Origin: Octopus vulgaris
Taxonomy: Eukaryota
Direction: 5' to 3'
NCBI GenBank assembly: GCA_951406725.2
Contig: OX597816.1
Location: forward strand, 28,644,001-28,708,000
DNA length: 64,000 nt
Made by a program: the position numbers and the translations under genes. The stretch's first letter is position 1. The number at the start of each line of letters is the position of its first letter. The notes under the pieces were generated by a model. It worked only from the letters and a program-made list of their open reading frames with translations. It ran no database searches and had not been told where the DNA came from. Of the stretch, positions 1 through 13,836 are shown piece after piece.

Positions 1-97
1 AATAATAATAATAATGATAATAATAATAATAATAATAATGATAATAATGATAATGATAATAATAATAATGATAATAATGATAATAATAATAATGATA

Positions 98-158
<61 letters not shown>

Positions 159-286
159 TAATAATAATAATAATGATAATAATGATAATAAAAATAATAA
201 TGATAATAATGATAATAAAAATAATAATGATAATAATAATAATAATAATAATAATGATAATAATAATAATAATGATAATAATGATA

Positions 287-344
<58 letters not shown>

Positions 345-373
345 TAATAATAATAATAATGATAATAATGATA

Positions 374-446
<73 letters not shown>

Positions 447-492
447 TAATAATAATAATGATAATAATGATAATAATGATAATGATAATAAA

Positions 493-572
<80 letters not shown>

Positions 573-607
573 TAATAATGATAATAATGATAATGATAAT
601 AATAATA

Positions 608-659
<52 letters not shown>

Positions 660-670
660 TAATAATGATA

Positions 671-701
<31 letters not shown>

Positions 702-728
702 TAATGATGATGATGATGATAATAATAA

Positions 729-759
<31 letters not shown>

Positions 760-762
760 AAT
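1..762. repeat. (AAT)n/(GAT) trinucleotide microsatellite
   Basis: Continuous AAT with interspersed GAT; source of the poly-Ile/Met ORF 14..823. Confidence 0.98.
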
Positions 763-1052
763 ACACTTTAATATCTACAACTTCTGTGAATACATATCCT
801 TTCCGTTATCCCTGAGCATTTGAAAATGTAAACGTCCCATTTATTGCAAAAAGACTATTGCATTCTCTAACTGGATAGACATACGAACATCTCATGAAAA
901 CTTTCAAAATTTGATATATTAGGTTTTGTATGACTACCCAGATATGGAAACTTACCGTTTATTGCAAGATCACAATTGGAATTCAGAAATTCGAAAATTC
1001 AATGACGTGAATATCAGTATATATACAGATACATATATAGATATATATAGAT

Positions 1053-1111
<59 letters not shown>

Positions 1112-1398
1112 TAGATAGATAGATAGATAGATAGAGAGATAGATAGATAGATATATATTCAGCCGGTGTTTATTTTATCAACCTCGAATGGAGGTAAAGC
1201 AAAGCCAACCTCGGCAGAATTTGACCTCCAATATCTAATCACAAGTTATGCTCACGTCAATCAATAGCACAAATTTAATTGTTTTGGTTGGTCATATACC
1301 TTATCCAGTTGCAAAGGCAGATTTTACAGCATCTGATAATACGAGTTGTCTTTTATATTTTTCTGGCTATACACCATTTGATATATTATTATTATTAC

Positions 1399-1453
<55 letters not shown>

Positions 1454-1564
1454 TGAATGAAAAAGCAACGGGGTACAAATACATGAAGTCTAATATACAC
1501 AGCATGAATACCCGTCAAGTTTGGACAGTTTGGACAGGTGAAAAATCGATTGCAAAAACACCAG

Positions 1565-1712
1565 TGTTTCACCGGTTCTTAATTTATCAACCCCGATTGC
1601 GTGCAAGGCTAAGTCAACATCGCTGGAATTTGAACTCAGAATACAGCGACGAGCGAAATACCGATAATCATCCCGCCTAGCGTGCTAAAGATTGCGCCAC
1701 CTTGCCGCCTTG
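1565..1712 (-). mobile_element. tRNA-derived SINE, family A, degraded copy
   Basis: Matches the better-preserved copy at 39452-39684 (tttatcaacccc...aagtcaacatcgctggaatttgaactcaga...gccgcctt). Further fragments at about 1165-1230 and 2300-2512. Confidence 0.75.
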
Positions 1713-1769
1713 AGCTCAACAACAACATTACCAATACATGTAGCACAACACGAATTCTACTGCGCTGCC

Positions 1770-1823
1770 GCTGTTGCTGCTGCTGCTACTACAACAAAAA
1801 CTACTGCTGCTGCTGCTACTACA

Positions 1824-1857
<34 letters not shown>

Positions 1858-1870
1858 ACTAATAATAATG

Positions 1871-1912
<42 letters not shown>

Positions 1913-1966
1913 GTAATAAAAATAATACTAATAATAATGATAATAAAAATAATAGTAATAGTAGTA

Positions 1967-2012
<46 letters not shown>

Positions 2013-2095
2013 TAATAATAATGATAATGATAATAATAATGATAATGATGATGATAATAATAATAATGAGAATAATAATAATGAAAATAATAATA

Positions 2096-2143
<48 letters not shown>

Positions 2144-2179
2144 GTAATGATGATGGTGATGGTGATGATGACGTTGATG

Positions 2180-2211
<32 letters not shown>

Positions 2212-2238
2212 GGTGATGGTGATGATGATGATATTGAC

Positions 2239-2271
<33 letters not shown>

Positions 2272-2297
2272 AATGATGATGATTATGATGATGATAA
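1770..2297. repeat. Compound microsatellite (CTG)(CTA)(AAT)(GAT)
   Basis: Successive trinucleotide tracts; explains the poly-L/N/D/H ORFs. Confidence 0.95.
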
Positions 2298-2555
2298 GTA
2301 TTTGAAATCTGGCACAAGGCAGATAATTTCGGGATTTAGGGATAAGGTAAATTCGTCGCCTCTATTGCTCAAACAGTTATTGTTTTAACGACCCTGAGAT
2401 GATGAAAGGCAAAGTCAACTGCGACACTATTTGAATGCCGAGCGTAAAGTCGGACGAAATGCCGCTCAGCTTTTTGTCCTGCGTGCTAGATGTTCTGCTA
2501 GATCACGGTCTTAAAAACAACAACAAGAGCAATAACGACAACGATGACAATAATG

Positions 2556-2625
<70 letters not shown>

Positions 2626-3089
2626 TAATAGCAACAACAACGACAACAAAATAATAATTGGAATGCAATCAGTAGAAATAATTCTGTTGAAAGAATAATA
2701 TTAAATAACCCATACACAGTACAGAGTGACATCGGGTTGAACAGAGCCAATATCGATATCGATACTTTAAAGACAAAAACAAAAAGAAACAAAACAAAAC
2801 CAAAACTGAATAACATCCATTAACATCGATGAAATAATAATGAAGTAAAGCAAAATCCACAGACAGCCTATTCTACTGGATGTTAGTGTAAGTAATGCAT
2901 TAACCTAGTTTCTGAATGTTATTGCTCTTTCAATAATAGCAGTTACGTAATACTAACGTTGGCTCAATGAATGCAAATTATAGCACAAGTCAACTCAATA
3001 TTTACACTATATGTATATATGTGCGTGCGTGCATGTGTGTGTGAGTGTGTGTGCGCCTGCGTATAGGTGTGTACATGTCTATCTGTCCC

Positions 3090-3312
<223 letters not shown>

Positions 3313-3419
3313 AATTGTGTTTGTGTGTGGTGGGGTGTGGCTCGAGATACTAGAAATGGTAGAATATCTTTCCTCAATTCACACTTTTCAAGGCTCGAAA
3401 TTATTCGTTGTTCTGGGAT

Positions 3420-3994
3420 GAGACCAAAACTATAAAACATATACAAATAAAGGAAATGAAAACTAGAACTTTTAGCAATGACTAAAAGCAGAATTACTAA
3501 GAAGATAATGGGCAAAAGGTGAAAATGATCATGAAATTTGTTGCATTTCACTCTGATCGAACGAAACATTTATATATTACAGAGTAGGCATTCTTCCTAA
3601 AGTGACACAAATTGTACAGGGATTCTATTCACTTGAAAGGAATGTGTTTCGCATTGTATAGAATATATATAGCTGTTATTTGCAATAACGAGATTATAAT
3701 CTCATTGTATAATCTCCTATAATCGTATTGAAGAGAAAATAACCCTGATCAGACTTTGGCTTCTAGTTCACTAGCAGACAAGATAATAGTAAAACTATTA
3801 AAGGCTGAATAAACTGGGAAAGAAATACATTCAACATAGAAATACAAAAAGTGAAAATAAATACATTAAACATTTAAATTTAAATGCATAAAACATACAC
3901 CGAAAACTAAACCAAAGAAAATGTATAAGAAAATTCTAAAAACAAACGTGAACATGATTGCGTTTTAAGAAAGACAGGAAAAGATAACCGGTAG

Positions 3995-4055
<61 letters not shown>

Positions 4056-5300
4056 ATATATATATACATATACACATGCGTGATGATAAGGAAATATGCA
4101 AATATGGAAATACGTAAATTTAGAACAGGAACATAATCTAACTGTTGAAATAAATAATAAATTCGAATGAAGGTATTTTCACATAACAAGAAAAGACTTC
4201 TCAAAGATTAATTTCATGATAATATTGCTGCAACGATAAATATAAGCGCACGTGTGGGTAAACATAAAAACATGAGTATATGCAAAAGAAAATTGGAAAA
4301 ATATCTAACAGTCTCTAACTTTAAAATAAATGCAAGTGTACTAAGTACATTCACAAGAGCTACAAAACATTTATAGAGTTTGTAAACAGCATTTCCTAGC
4401 TGCCATAACAAATGGAAATATTCGGTTCGTAGATTCTATAGGGAAATCAACTTGAAACATGACTTTTTCTTAAATTCTAAAACGTATACATGGACAGGTT
4501 AAATTCACGAATTCAGTATTACAGTTATAAAGGTGAATAAAAGAATAGTAAGAGAAAGGAATTAATGAGAGAATAGAAACGCCAAATAATTGATAAACTA
4601 GATAAAGTAAAAAAAGAAGCAAATTGATAGAATGTTAGAAAATAATATCTCTGATGTCATATGAATAATGAAAATCGCACTCAATTCTAAAAATATGACA
4701 ATAACAGCTTTAGAAATACTTCACCGAAGGTCAATTGAATTGTCAAGTCATAATCAGAAATGAATATAAAGCAAATCTGATGTTATATAAAAGACCATTA
4801 CACGACTTTATAAAGGACAATGATGCATACAACACATGGCTATGAAAGTGACGCTGGTTGTAATGAAGAAATTTTCATGAAAATATTGAAAACTCGATGG
4901 CAAAAATAAACAAATCATAGTTGCAGACATCCCATGAAGGGGACCTTAAAACGGCACGTTTACAGTTTGTATGTGGGCTGACACAATATCAGATGAGCGG
5001 GGGAAAAGAGTTGAATATATAAGATACAACATCTTATAATATATCAGTCGATTAATTGAACATTTTAAATGGAAACTAGTACAAAGAGCTACAGCGTGGA
5101 ATCAACATAAACATATATGTTTAGTTAAGGTTGGAAACAGCTGCGGCAAGAATGGACAAAGAGTTATAGGAAATATTAAAAGCTAACAGCAAAACTAAAG
5201 TGCGAATCTGTCACGAAATGCTATACAATTAGCAACAAAGATACTTATATAACGAATAATTTACTGCACTTGTACGTGAAATATATTCTAAATTTTACTC
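3420..5300 (+). mobile_element. Possible highly degraded non-LTR retrotransposon
   Basis: Long A-rich strand-biased non-microsatellite stretch with many stops and a weak RT-like remnant (cctgatcagact = PDQT near 3746). No convincing motif series. Confidence 0.3.
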
Positions 5301-5316
5301 ATTAACAATGCCACTG

Positions 5317-5390
<74 letters not shown>

Positions 5391-6054
5391 TAATAATAAT
5401 AATAATTCTAAATATAGTGCTCATGGGAATTGCTCATATCCTACGCAAAATACTTTCTATGTAATCTCAAGCTTTAAAACATACATAATTTTTATATGGT
5501 TTTTTAGGCATTCGTGTGTACAACACTAAGTACAAAACCAAATATATGGCACCCTAGGCATAACACCAGCACGAACTAGCAGTTGCATTTGTTCAATGAT
5601 AAATCTGAGCATTCTGTTTTACAATTTATGTAAAATAGTCATATGTGCACCTCTTATAAAATGTTTATTCTGATTAATACGTATCTTGTATGCAAGAATT
5701 CTCGATATTTATAAATACTCAAGTAAGTAATTAATGCAAAAATGATTCAGAGGATCAGGCCTACTCCGAGTTTGTGGCATTCCTCGTTGTCGTCATAGTC
5801 TTCATTTCCGAAGCGTAAATATTTAAGAAGGTATTGGTCAATCACAAAACAATTTTCTATTGACGGCTAATGAGTTTTTCAGAGCTGAAGCCAACAACAA
5901 TGGCACTTTGCCAAGTCGATGAAGAAATTTAATGAAGAGACCAGTATTGAAGTAAAACCATGCTGTGGAGGTTCATCAATCGTGATCTCTTACAATCGCA
6001 ATTGTGTTGACGAAATGATTCGTGCTTTCAGACGAGTCACAATCCGTTACCTTG

Positions 6055-7035
6055 AGCACACCTGAACTTTGGTCACGATGTAGTATATAAGCTTATGATT
6101 CAGGTGCTTTGTTAACCAGAAATTTATAACTTCAGTTCCTAGATCGTGTGGGATAATGGTGTACAGTCTAGTTATATCGAAATTGGTTGGCAATTTTTAT
6201 GTATGTAATTTAAAATGTTCATACCATCCCGGAGAATGCTTTGTATCATTTTACATAAGGTCTTAGAACTATCTCTATTAAGTTGTATAGGCGTTGTGTA
6301 CTGGATGATGGTCCTGCAATGATTGGGTGTCGATTCAGGGCTGTGGGTTTCGATATTCGACGTATGTTGAATTCCTTCCTTTTATGTCGTCTTCGATTTC
6401 TTTTGATTTGTGGAACTTGGGTAATCCATAGAAGTTACTGGTTTTTAATTCGAAGTCTGTTACATAATTAACTTCATTCTCAGTTACGTTTTTACGATAT
6501 TTTGAGACCAGTGTATTTTTCTAGTTCATGGCATGTTTATCCTTGTTTTGGTCTGGCTTCATGCAGAAGTGTTGGTTATTAAGTTGTTCTATAACCATAT
6601 CTGTAATGGTTCTTGTCCATGATAACTATTTGTCAGTTTCTTTGAAACTTATCGATGAGTCCTTTTGTAAATGTTTTAATGCTCGCAACTGCTCCTTAGA
6701 CATGTTGGATTTACGTTTTCTCTCCGCCATATTAAGTTGAGCTGATAATCGTAGGTAGCTAATTTATTCTTCAAACTTTTTATATCTATTTAAGGGGTGT
6801 CTGAAACCTGTTCTGTTTTTAACCAGTGAAGTGTCTGTGCACCCAGTACTTAGAAAAAAATCTCTCAATCGTAATTTTCGGCAATATTTTTCTGTGTTTT
6901 TTATGAGTTGTTTTGGGTTTGGGAGTGGGGGTAAATTTCAATCCATTTTCCAGGAGTGTAATTTCTTCTTTAGATAATTTCTTAGTGGATTAATTTAGTA
7001 TTTTCGGTTTGCTTATGTGTTTGGTTTTTAATGTC
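6055..7035 (-). pseudogene. Penelope-like element reverse transcriptase fragment (disrupted)
   Basis: Minus-strand translation gives PLE RT motifs: KILN*STKKLSKEEITLLENGLKFTPTP, IVIMDKNHY, YPKFHKSK, PIIAGPSSSTQRLYNLIEIVLRPYV, FDITRLYTIIPHDLG. Frameshifts and stops present. Confidence 0.85.
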
Positions 7036-7195
7036 TCGTGAATAATGATGTTATTTTTTCATTTTTTTTTGTCGGTAGGTCGCCTGTTGGAAGTGTGTAT
7101 ACACGCACACATAAATATGTGTGTCTGTATTGTATGTGTACAGACTCTTGTGCATATATATGGGTGTATTGAATGTATTGTATATATGTGTGTCC

Positions 7196-7234
<39 letters not shown>

Positions 7235-7815
7235 TATGGATGGGAGTATGTTTATATGTAGGTATACATATGTATACATATATACAGGATCCCATGTGTG
7301 AGAATCAAATAAATAGGTACCCCACCGGTTTTCTTTTGACATTCCACCACAATATTGACCACTCCAGAATATTCCAGTTCTTTATTCTTTATTCTTGATG
7401 GATTTAACTCTCCTTCCCCATCCGTTCTAATTTACTATTAGTCTTATCTTTATTGTTATCTTTATGTCTATTTTTATAGTTTTATATTTATTTTTATCTA
7501 TATATTATTTAGACTCTGTTTACCCTCTGTTCTCCTTCTTTCTTCCTTCTGGTTCTTCCTTATTCTTTTTCTTGTTATTCTTCTTTTTGTTGTTGTTGTA
7601 GTTGTTGTTGTTGTTGTTGTTGTTGTTCTTCTTCTTCTTCTTCTTCTTCTTCTTCTTCGTCATCATATATTTTCCCCTTTTTTGTGCATATTTCTTGTGT
7701 ATACTTGTACGAACAATTTTTGAAACTGGTTATTTGGAGCTTGAAACTCATGCCAGAGTTACTCACTGTGAAAATTATTAATGAAATTATTTCGTAAATA
7801 CCAGTCTTATTATTC

Positions 7816-7890
<75 letters not shown>

Positions 7891-8198
7891 AGTGTCTGTG
7901 TATGCATATAGATATATAGATATATGTTGGTTGTCAACCCCTTATGCTGAGTCTGACCACCTCTAGTACCTACACCTTACGTACATCATCATGGCATCTA
8001 ATGTGGCTTTTTAAACCAGACAATGCATTCAAAATACACAAACATAGCGTTGCATATCCGATTTAGTCAATCATGATTGTTGTGGATCTTAAACGACTTT
8101 TGAGGCATCCGATAGATTGCAAGATAGATAGATAGATAGATAGATGTGTACAAATCTATATGTATATATGCGTGGGTGTATATATATGTATATGTATG

Positions 8199-8290
<92 letters not shown>

Positions 8291-8304
8291 AGTGTGTGAG
8301 AGAG

Positions 8305-8342
<38 letters not shown>

Positions 8343-8467
8343 TGTGTGTATGTATGTATGTATGTATGTATGTATGTATGTATGTATGTATGTATGTATA
8401 ACAAAGTACAAATAATGATCATGACACATTCTTTTATTGTAGTAAATTCAACTTTCAGCTGTTTCCG

Positions 8468-8575
8468 ATAGTCACGTTATTTTCGTTCCTTGATCGATTT
8501 GCTCAACTGGTCTATTGATCAGCTGAGAAAAATTGAACGATCTTAAATAGTTAATACTAAACTCATCAGACCTAT
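8468..8575 (-). ncRNA. Degenerate type I hammerhead ribozyme motif with long helix II
   Basis: Minus strand: auaggu CUGAUGA guu...(gaucg/cgauc, cucagcug/caguugag)...aac GAAA auaac GUG acuau. The triplet is not NUH, so probably dead. A homologous inverted copy starts CTGATGA at 9166. Confidence 0.5.
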
Positions 8576-10165
8576 GATATTCTGATGAAAATCAAACAAA
8601 ACAATGATAAATAAATGAGACAGGCTTGGGAAAGGGAGAGAACAGGTACAATAAGTATAAGGTGAGCGGAAAAGAGACAAATGAGAAAGGGTAAAAGAGC
8701 TGACGAGTTGGCAAAGAACAAAATGAAAGAGAAATACTAGGAAAGAGAGAGCGAAAGAAAGAGACAGAAAACAGAATAGAGAAGGGGAGGCACATTATGG
8801 AAAAACGAATTCAGAAAGGGATTTGTGAAATATCAAGAAATAGCTAGAAATCAAATAGGAGGACATTAATATAAACATTAGTGGGCTTCATGAACTATCT
8901 CTAGATAGAGTATTGACAATTTGATATTAACCATTTATTCCCGTAGTCAGCTAAAATGTTTAATACTGGGTCATTGCTACTATATACCATCAGGTTTGGG
9001 GTGTATCAAAGAAGATCAACGGTAAATTGAACACCTCTTTCCCATTTTTTTTACTTATCTCTCTTCCACTCAACTTATACTTCTTCCCTCTTGTCACTTA
9101 CTTTCACATTCCTGCATCGTTTATTTGTCATTGTTCTGCTTCGTTTTCATGAGAAAACCATAACTCTGATGAGGATAGTTTTAAATATTTAAGGTCGTTC
9201 CATTTTTCTATGGATTAATAGAGTAAACTGGTCAATGAACAAACCTATAACGACTATCAGAAACAAGTTTAATTTATTACAGTGAGAGAATATATAATGA
9301 CCATGATTAATAACCTTGTCGTGTATATCACTCTGTGTAAAAGACGAGTCCAGTTGGGAATACAGCCATGGATTTACAACATAGAATGGTAGCGAGCTAT
9401 AATCTCGAATCGGACCGACCACAAGAATACGCGGTGTTCATTACTAGTGTCAAAAAGTTTGTTAGGCTGGTGTATTTGTGTTAACAGAGAGCATACAAAG
9501 TACTATATTTTAAGTATTATATTTTCAGGATTAGTAATCCTTCATTAATAACTCATTATTAACATATACTATAAATATATACGCACGCACGCACACACAC
9601 ACACACACACACATACAAAAGCACGCACAAACACACTAACACTCCTCCCACTATCTTTACAGTCCGTAAGAAAGACGGAATGGACGTTGATTTCGACTTT
9701 GTGACCGAGTAACCCACCTCAAACCCACACCAAACCCACATATTTTACTACTTAATCGATGTATCATTATATATATGTGTCTTTTCAAAGTTGGTTCAGA
9801 TTTTGAGAAAATATATTTCCATGCATATGTAGGACTTTTGTAGTACCTTAAAAAAAAAACAGAGCCAGCTATAAGTGTGTCTGGGTTTTATCAGAGTATT
9901 TACATCTGAAGTAGAATTATAGCGTTATTAGTTTTACTAAACTTATTTTATATAAACTCGTGCATATAGTTTTGAATTGTTTGTTAAGAAACGTTGCTCA
10001 CAGAAGTGACTATTATATTGCATATCCAGTTACACACGCAAACACACATATATACATACATATATGTGTACGCATATATAAATGCACATACTTATATATA
10101 AAAATGTATATATATGTATATAAATATTATATATATATATATATATACAATATATATATATATAA

Positions 10166-10280
<115 letters not shown>

Positions 10281-10588
10281 TATATACACCTATGCATTAT
10301 ATATATATATATATACATGCATACATACACAGGTGCACATAGGGATTTACAAAAATATTGAGAGCGTACAAAGTAGCTATAATATATTTATTTGAAACAG
10401 AATTTTCTTTGATATTGTTAAAACTGTATTGAGTTACGCAAGTTAAAATACATTTCACATTGAAGAAAATCACATTATATCTATATTACATTTCGAAACA
10501 TTATTCACTATTGTACATAAATCTTAATATATCATGTTATGCCATTTTTGCATGAACGTTTATTATATTTGTGTGTGGGAATATATAT

Positions 10589-10711
<123 letters not shown>

Positions 10712-10787
10712 CATATATATATATATATTTATATATATATATATATGCATATACTCACTGACTCCTATAAAAACACAAGGCATACAT

Positions 10788-10837
<50 letters not shown>

Positions 10838-11599
10838 GTATGTATATATATATATATATATATGTTCATAAACATTTGAAACGAGCTTCTGATTTTCTCC
10901 TGCAAAAATGTAATTTCACATTGGAAGTTCGTTTGTAATAGTTTGTATTATTACTTTTATAGTTTTCATGGCATTGTTTTGTTGTGGGTTGTTAATTTTA
11001 TGTGTTTATTCATTACCTATTCTTCTTTGAAGGCAGCAGTAATAAGCTATTTCGTTTGTACACTATGAACAATTTGTGTGTCTTCTTTTTGGTGGCATGT
11101 ATTTCATAACACAGCGTAGGTATGACATTTTAAGTTTCATTTATCCGTCCATAATGTTTTTTTCTAAGACTGCAAAGTAAACGCTTCCTCACATAATTCT
11201 TTTCTACCAACAAATTAAAACACATTATACTTTTCATTACTGTGTCATATAAATAACACATCTCCCACATATACAGACTCATTTGTTGATACATACGTAT
11301 ATACATTGACGACAATGAAAACACATTTGAGTAAATATATTCGTGGTTAGTTTCCCTAGTGGCACAGCGCTATAACCCTGTCATTCCCCAGCTCTGTAGA
11401 CTTGATATAAAAGAATCGAACTCTTACAGACAATTCTCGCCAAGTCACTTCACTTAATTGCTAGGTATTTGAGTTTTTCAATGTTGCATGCGTTCATATG
11501 GCACATACACTAGCACACACATACACATATAAACACACATGCACATAAAGGCATATGTCTACATACAAGCATACATTCATACTTACTTGCGTATGGACC

Positions 11600-11666
<67 letters not shown>

Positions 11667-11734
11667 ATACTCATACATACACACACATGCACACATACAC
11701 ACAGAAATACACACATTCATACATATATATACAC

Positions 11735-11890
11735 ATAGTTGGAATTTACAAACAAAAGACGAAGACAGATGTTTAAACAACAAACAGATGTATGAGCTTA
11801 ACGCCTGGGAAGGTGAGAAAGTCTTTTATGATTCGAGCTTACGCTCTTCAACAGAAAGGATCACAAGAAAATAAACAGAGAGAATATATA
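11735..11890 (-). mobile_element. Short non-autonomous PLE-type element with HHR-like motif (CUGUUGA core)
   Basis: Minus strand ccuuu CUGUUGA agagc guaa gcuc GAAU cau aaaag; flanks homologous to the copies at 31953, 42838 and 62260; sits in TA-rich repeats. Confidence 0.65.
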
Positions 11891-12770
11891 TATATATATT
11901 GTGAAAGACATATAGATATAGAGATTAATAGATATGTACACATGCATGTATATGTATGTATGTATGTGTGGTGGCAAATATTTTTATAAGACAAAGTATG
12001 AAAGTATATATGTGAAATTTTGAATTACTGTGTATCCTGATATGTCATGCCCAATGTTACATTTTTGCTATGATGGATGAATAATCTTTGAAGGAAACTT
12101 TATCTTTATTTTTAGTATTAGTGGGTCTCAAAGACCACATAGATATTTCCAACGTTTCTCCTTGATTTCACACGCTTCAGCCTTTTCTTCTGCATTATTT
12201 AGGCGTCAAGCTTTACTGTACATTATACACGGATGTTGTTTATTTTATTATTACACTGCGGTTACACAATGTAATTTTGTAAATATATTTGTCAATAATT
12301 TTAGAATATTTTCAAAACCACAATATTACGTGTAACACATTATTACTCACCTTCCGTGAAACATTTTTCGTTTTCGAACTGTTCTGAAATACTCTCATTA
12401 ACTATTACTCTATTCGCGTTAACATGCTTTTGGAAAATTCGATCATTACTTATCTCTCATTTAAGTTGTAAGTATGTATTTAGTTATCGAAAATTGACCA
12501 GTTCACTGCTGAATAATGAGACACATGAAACAAGTTATATTGATGTTTCATAGCTTTGATGACTTCTCACATAAGTTGCTGCATTTCACCAGTTAAGTAA
12601 TAAATTTTTGTTCGCTAAATATTCTTCCTATATTTATTAGTCATCGTTGCTGTCTTGTTTGACATTGGTTCTCACCTTGTCAAATTTATAATGAAACACG
12701 TATTATTAGTTGTAATATGAAAAGTTGTAATAATAATAACAATCATAAAATTATAATAGTAACGATAATA

Positions 12771-12810
<40 letters not shown>

Positions 12811-13836
12811 GTAATAATAATAATAATAATAATTATAATAACGACAATAATAACAAATAATAATAATGATAATAATAACAAGACAACAATAATAATAGCA
12901 ACAACGTGAATAGTTACAATTAGAATGAGAAACGAATATTGATAGAAAACTCTGTTAAACCAAGACTGCTGTTAAAAATTATGCAGTATTCATATGGCGC
13001 ATTAGAAATAATGGCGCCTCTGTATCTAATACGCTGCTGTGTTAAATGTGACTAATAACAAATATCATTTTGTTTCGCAGTTCAATACCATTGATACACT
13101 CATTTAACTGCTGACAGCAGATGTATTCTGCGAATTTTATTACTTTATTAAATTATATCTGAAAAATGAATAGAAATTACCTCTCTATACTAAACATTTA
13201 CAAAACAATTTTGTGATTGTTGATTGATATATCTTTTTAATGAGTGTCTGACTTATACCAATACGAAAGTTACTTTATCTTGTTTCGATTCAAAAAGAGA
13301 TTTCTGACATAATAATCTTGTTTTATCAATAGTCTGTGCGATACATTTCAAGATCGTGTACAGAAATGTCAGAAACACTATATCGGGCATCCAAATTGAT
13401 GCCACGAAATTAAGAAATGTCACATAAATTTTTATTCAGTGCCAGATTATATGTACATGAAATATTTTGATAACTTAAGTGTTCCCTTTGACAACTTGCA
13501 CTTCTTTGTGAGAACTTACTTTGACCAATCGTTTTCTCGTGTGGTTGTGTGGGGTAAATGACATGACAGAAACTGAATGAGTCTGTGTAGCTTCGATACA
13601 AAGCGATTAACTGAAAATCACATGAAAGCAACATTTTCTGCGGAATTATCAACCGTTGTTCACTTTTCTTATAGTTCTTGACAATCTGAAAATACAAAGG
13701 GCACTGCTTCCCCCACCCCTATTTTAAGGCAAACAATAGATAAATAAAATATCCAGATAAGTCCTGTTGATATCAGAGTACTCCTCATCGAAACCGACAC
13801 AAAACCTATTGAAATTATTACTGCGATATGCTACAG

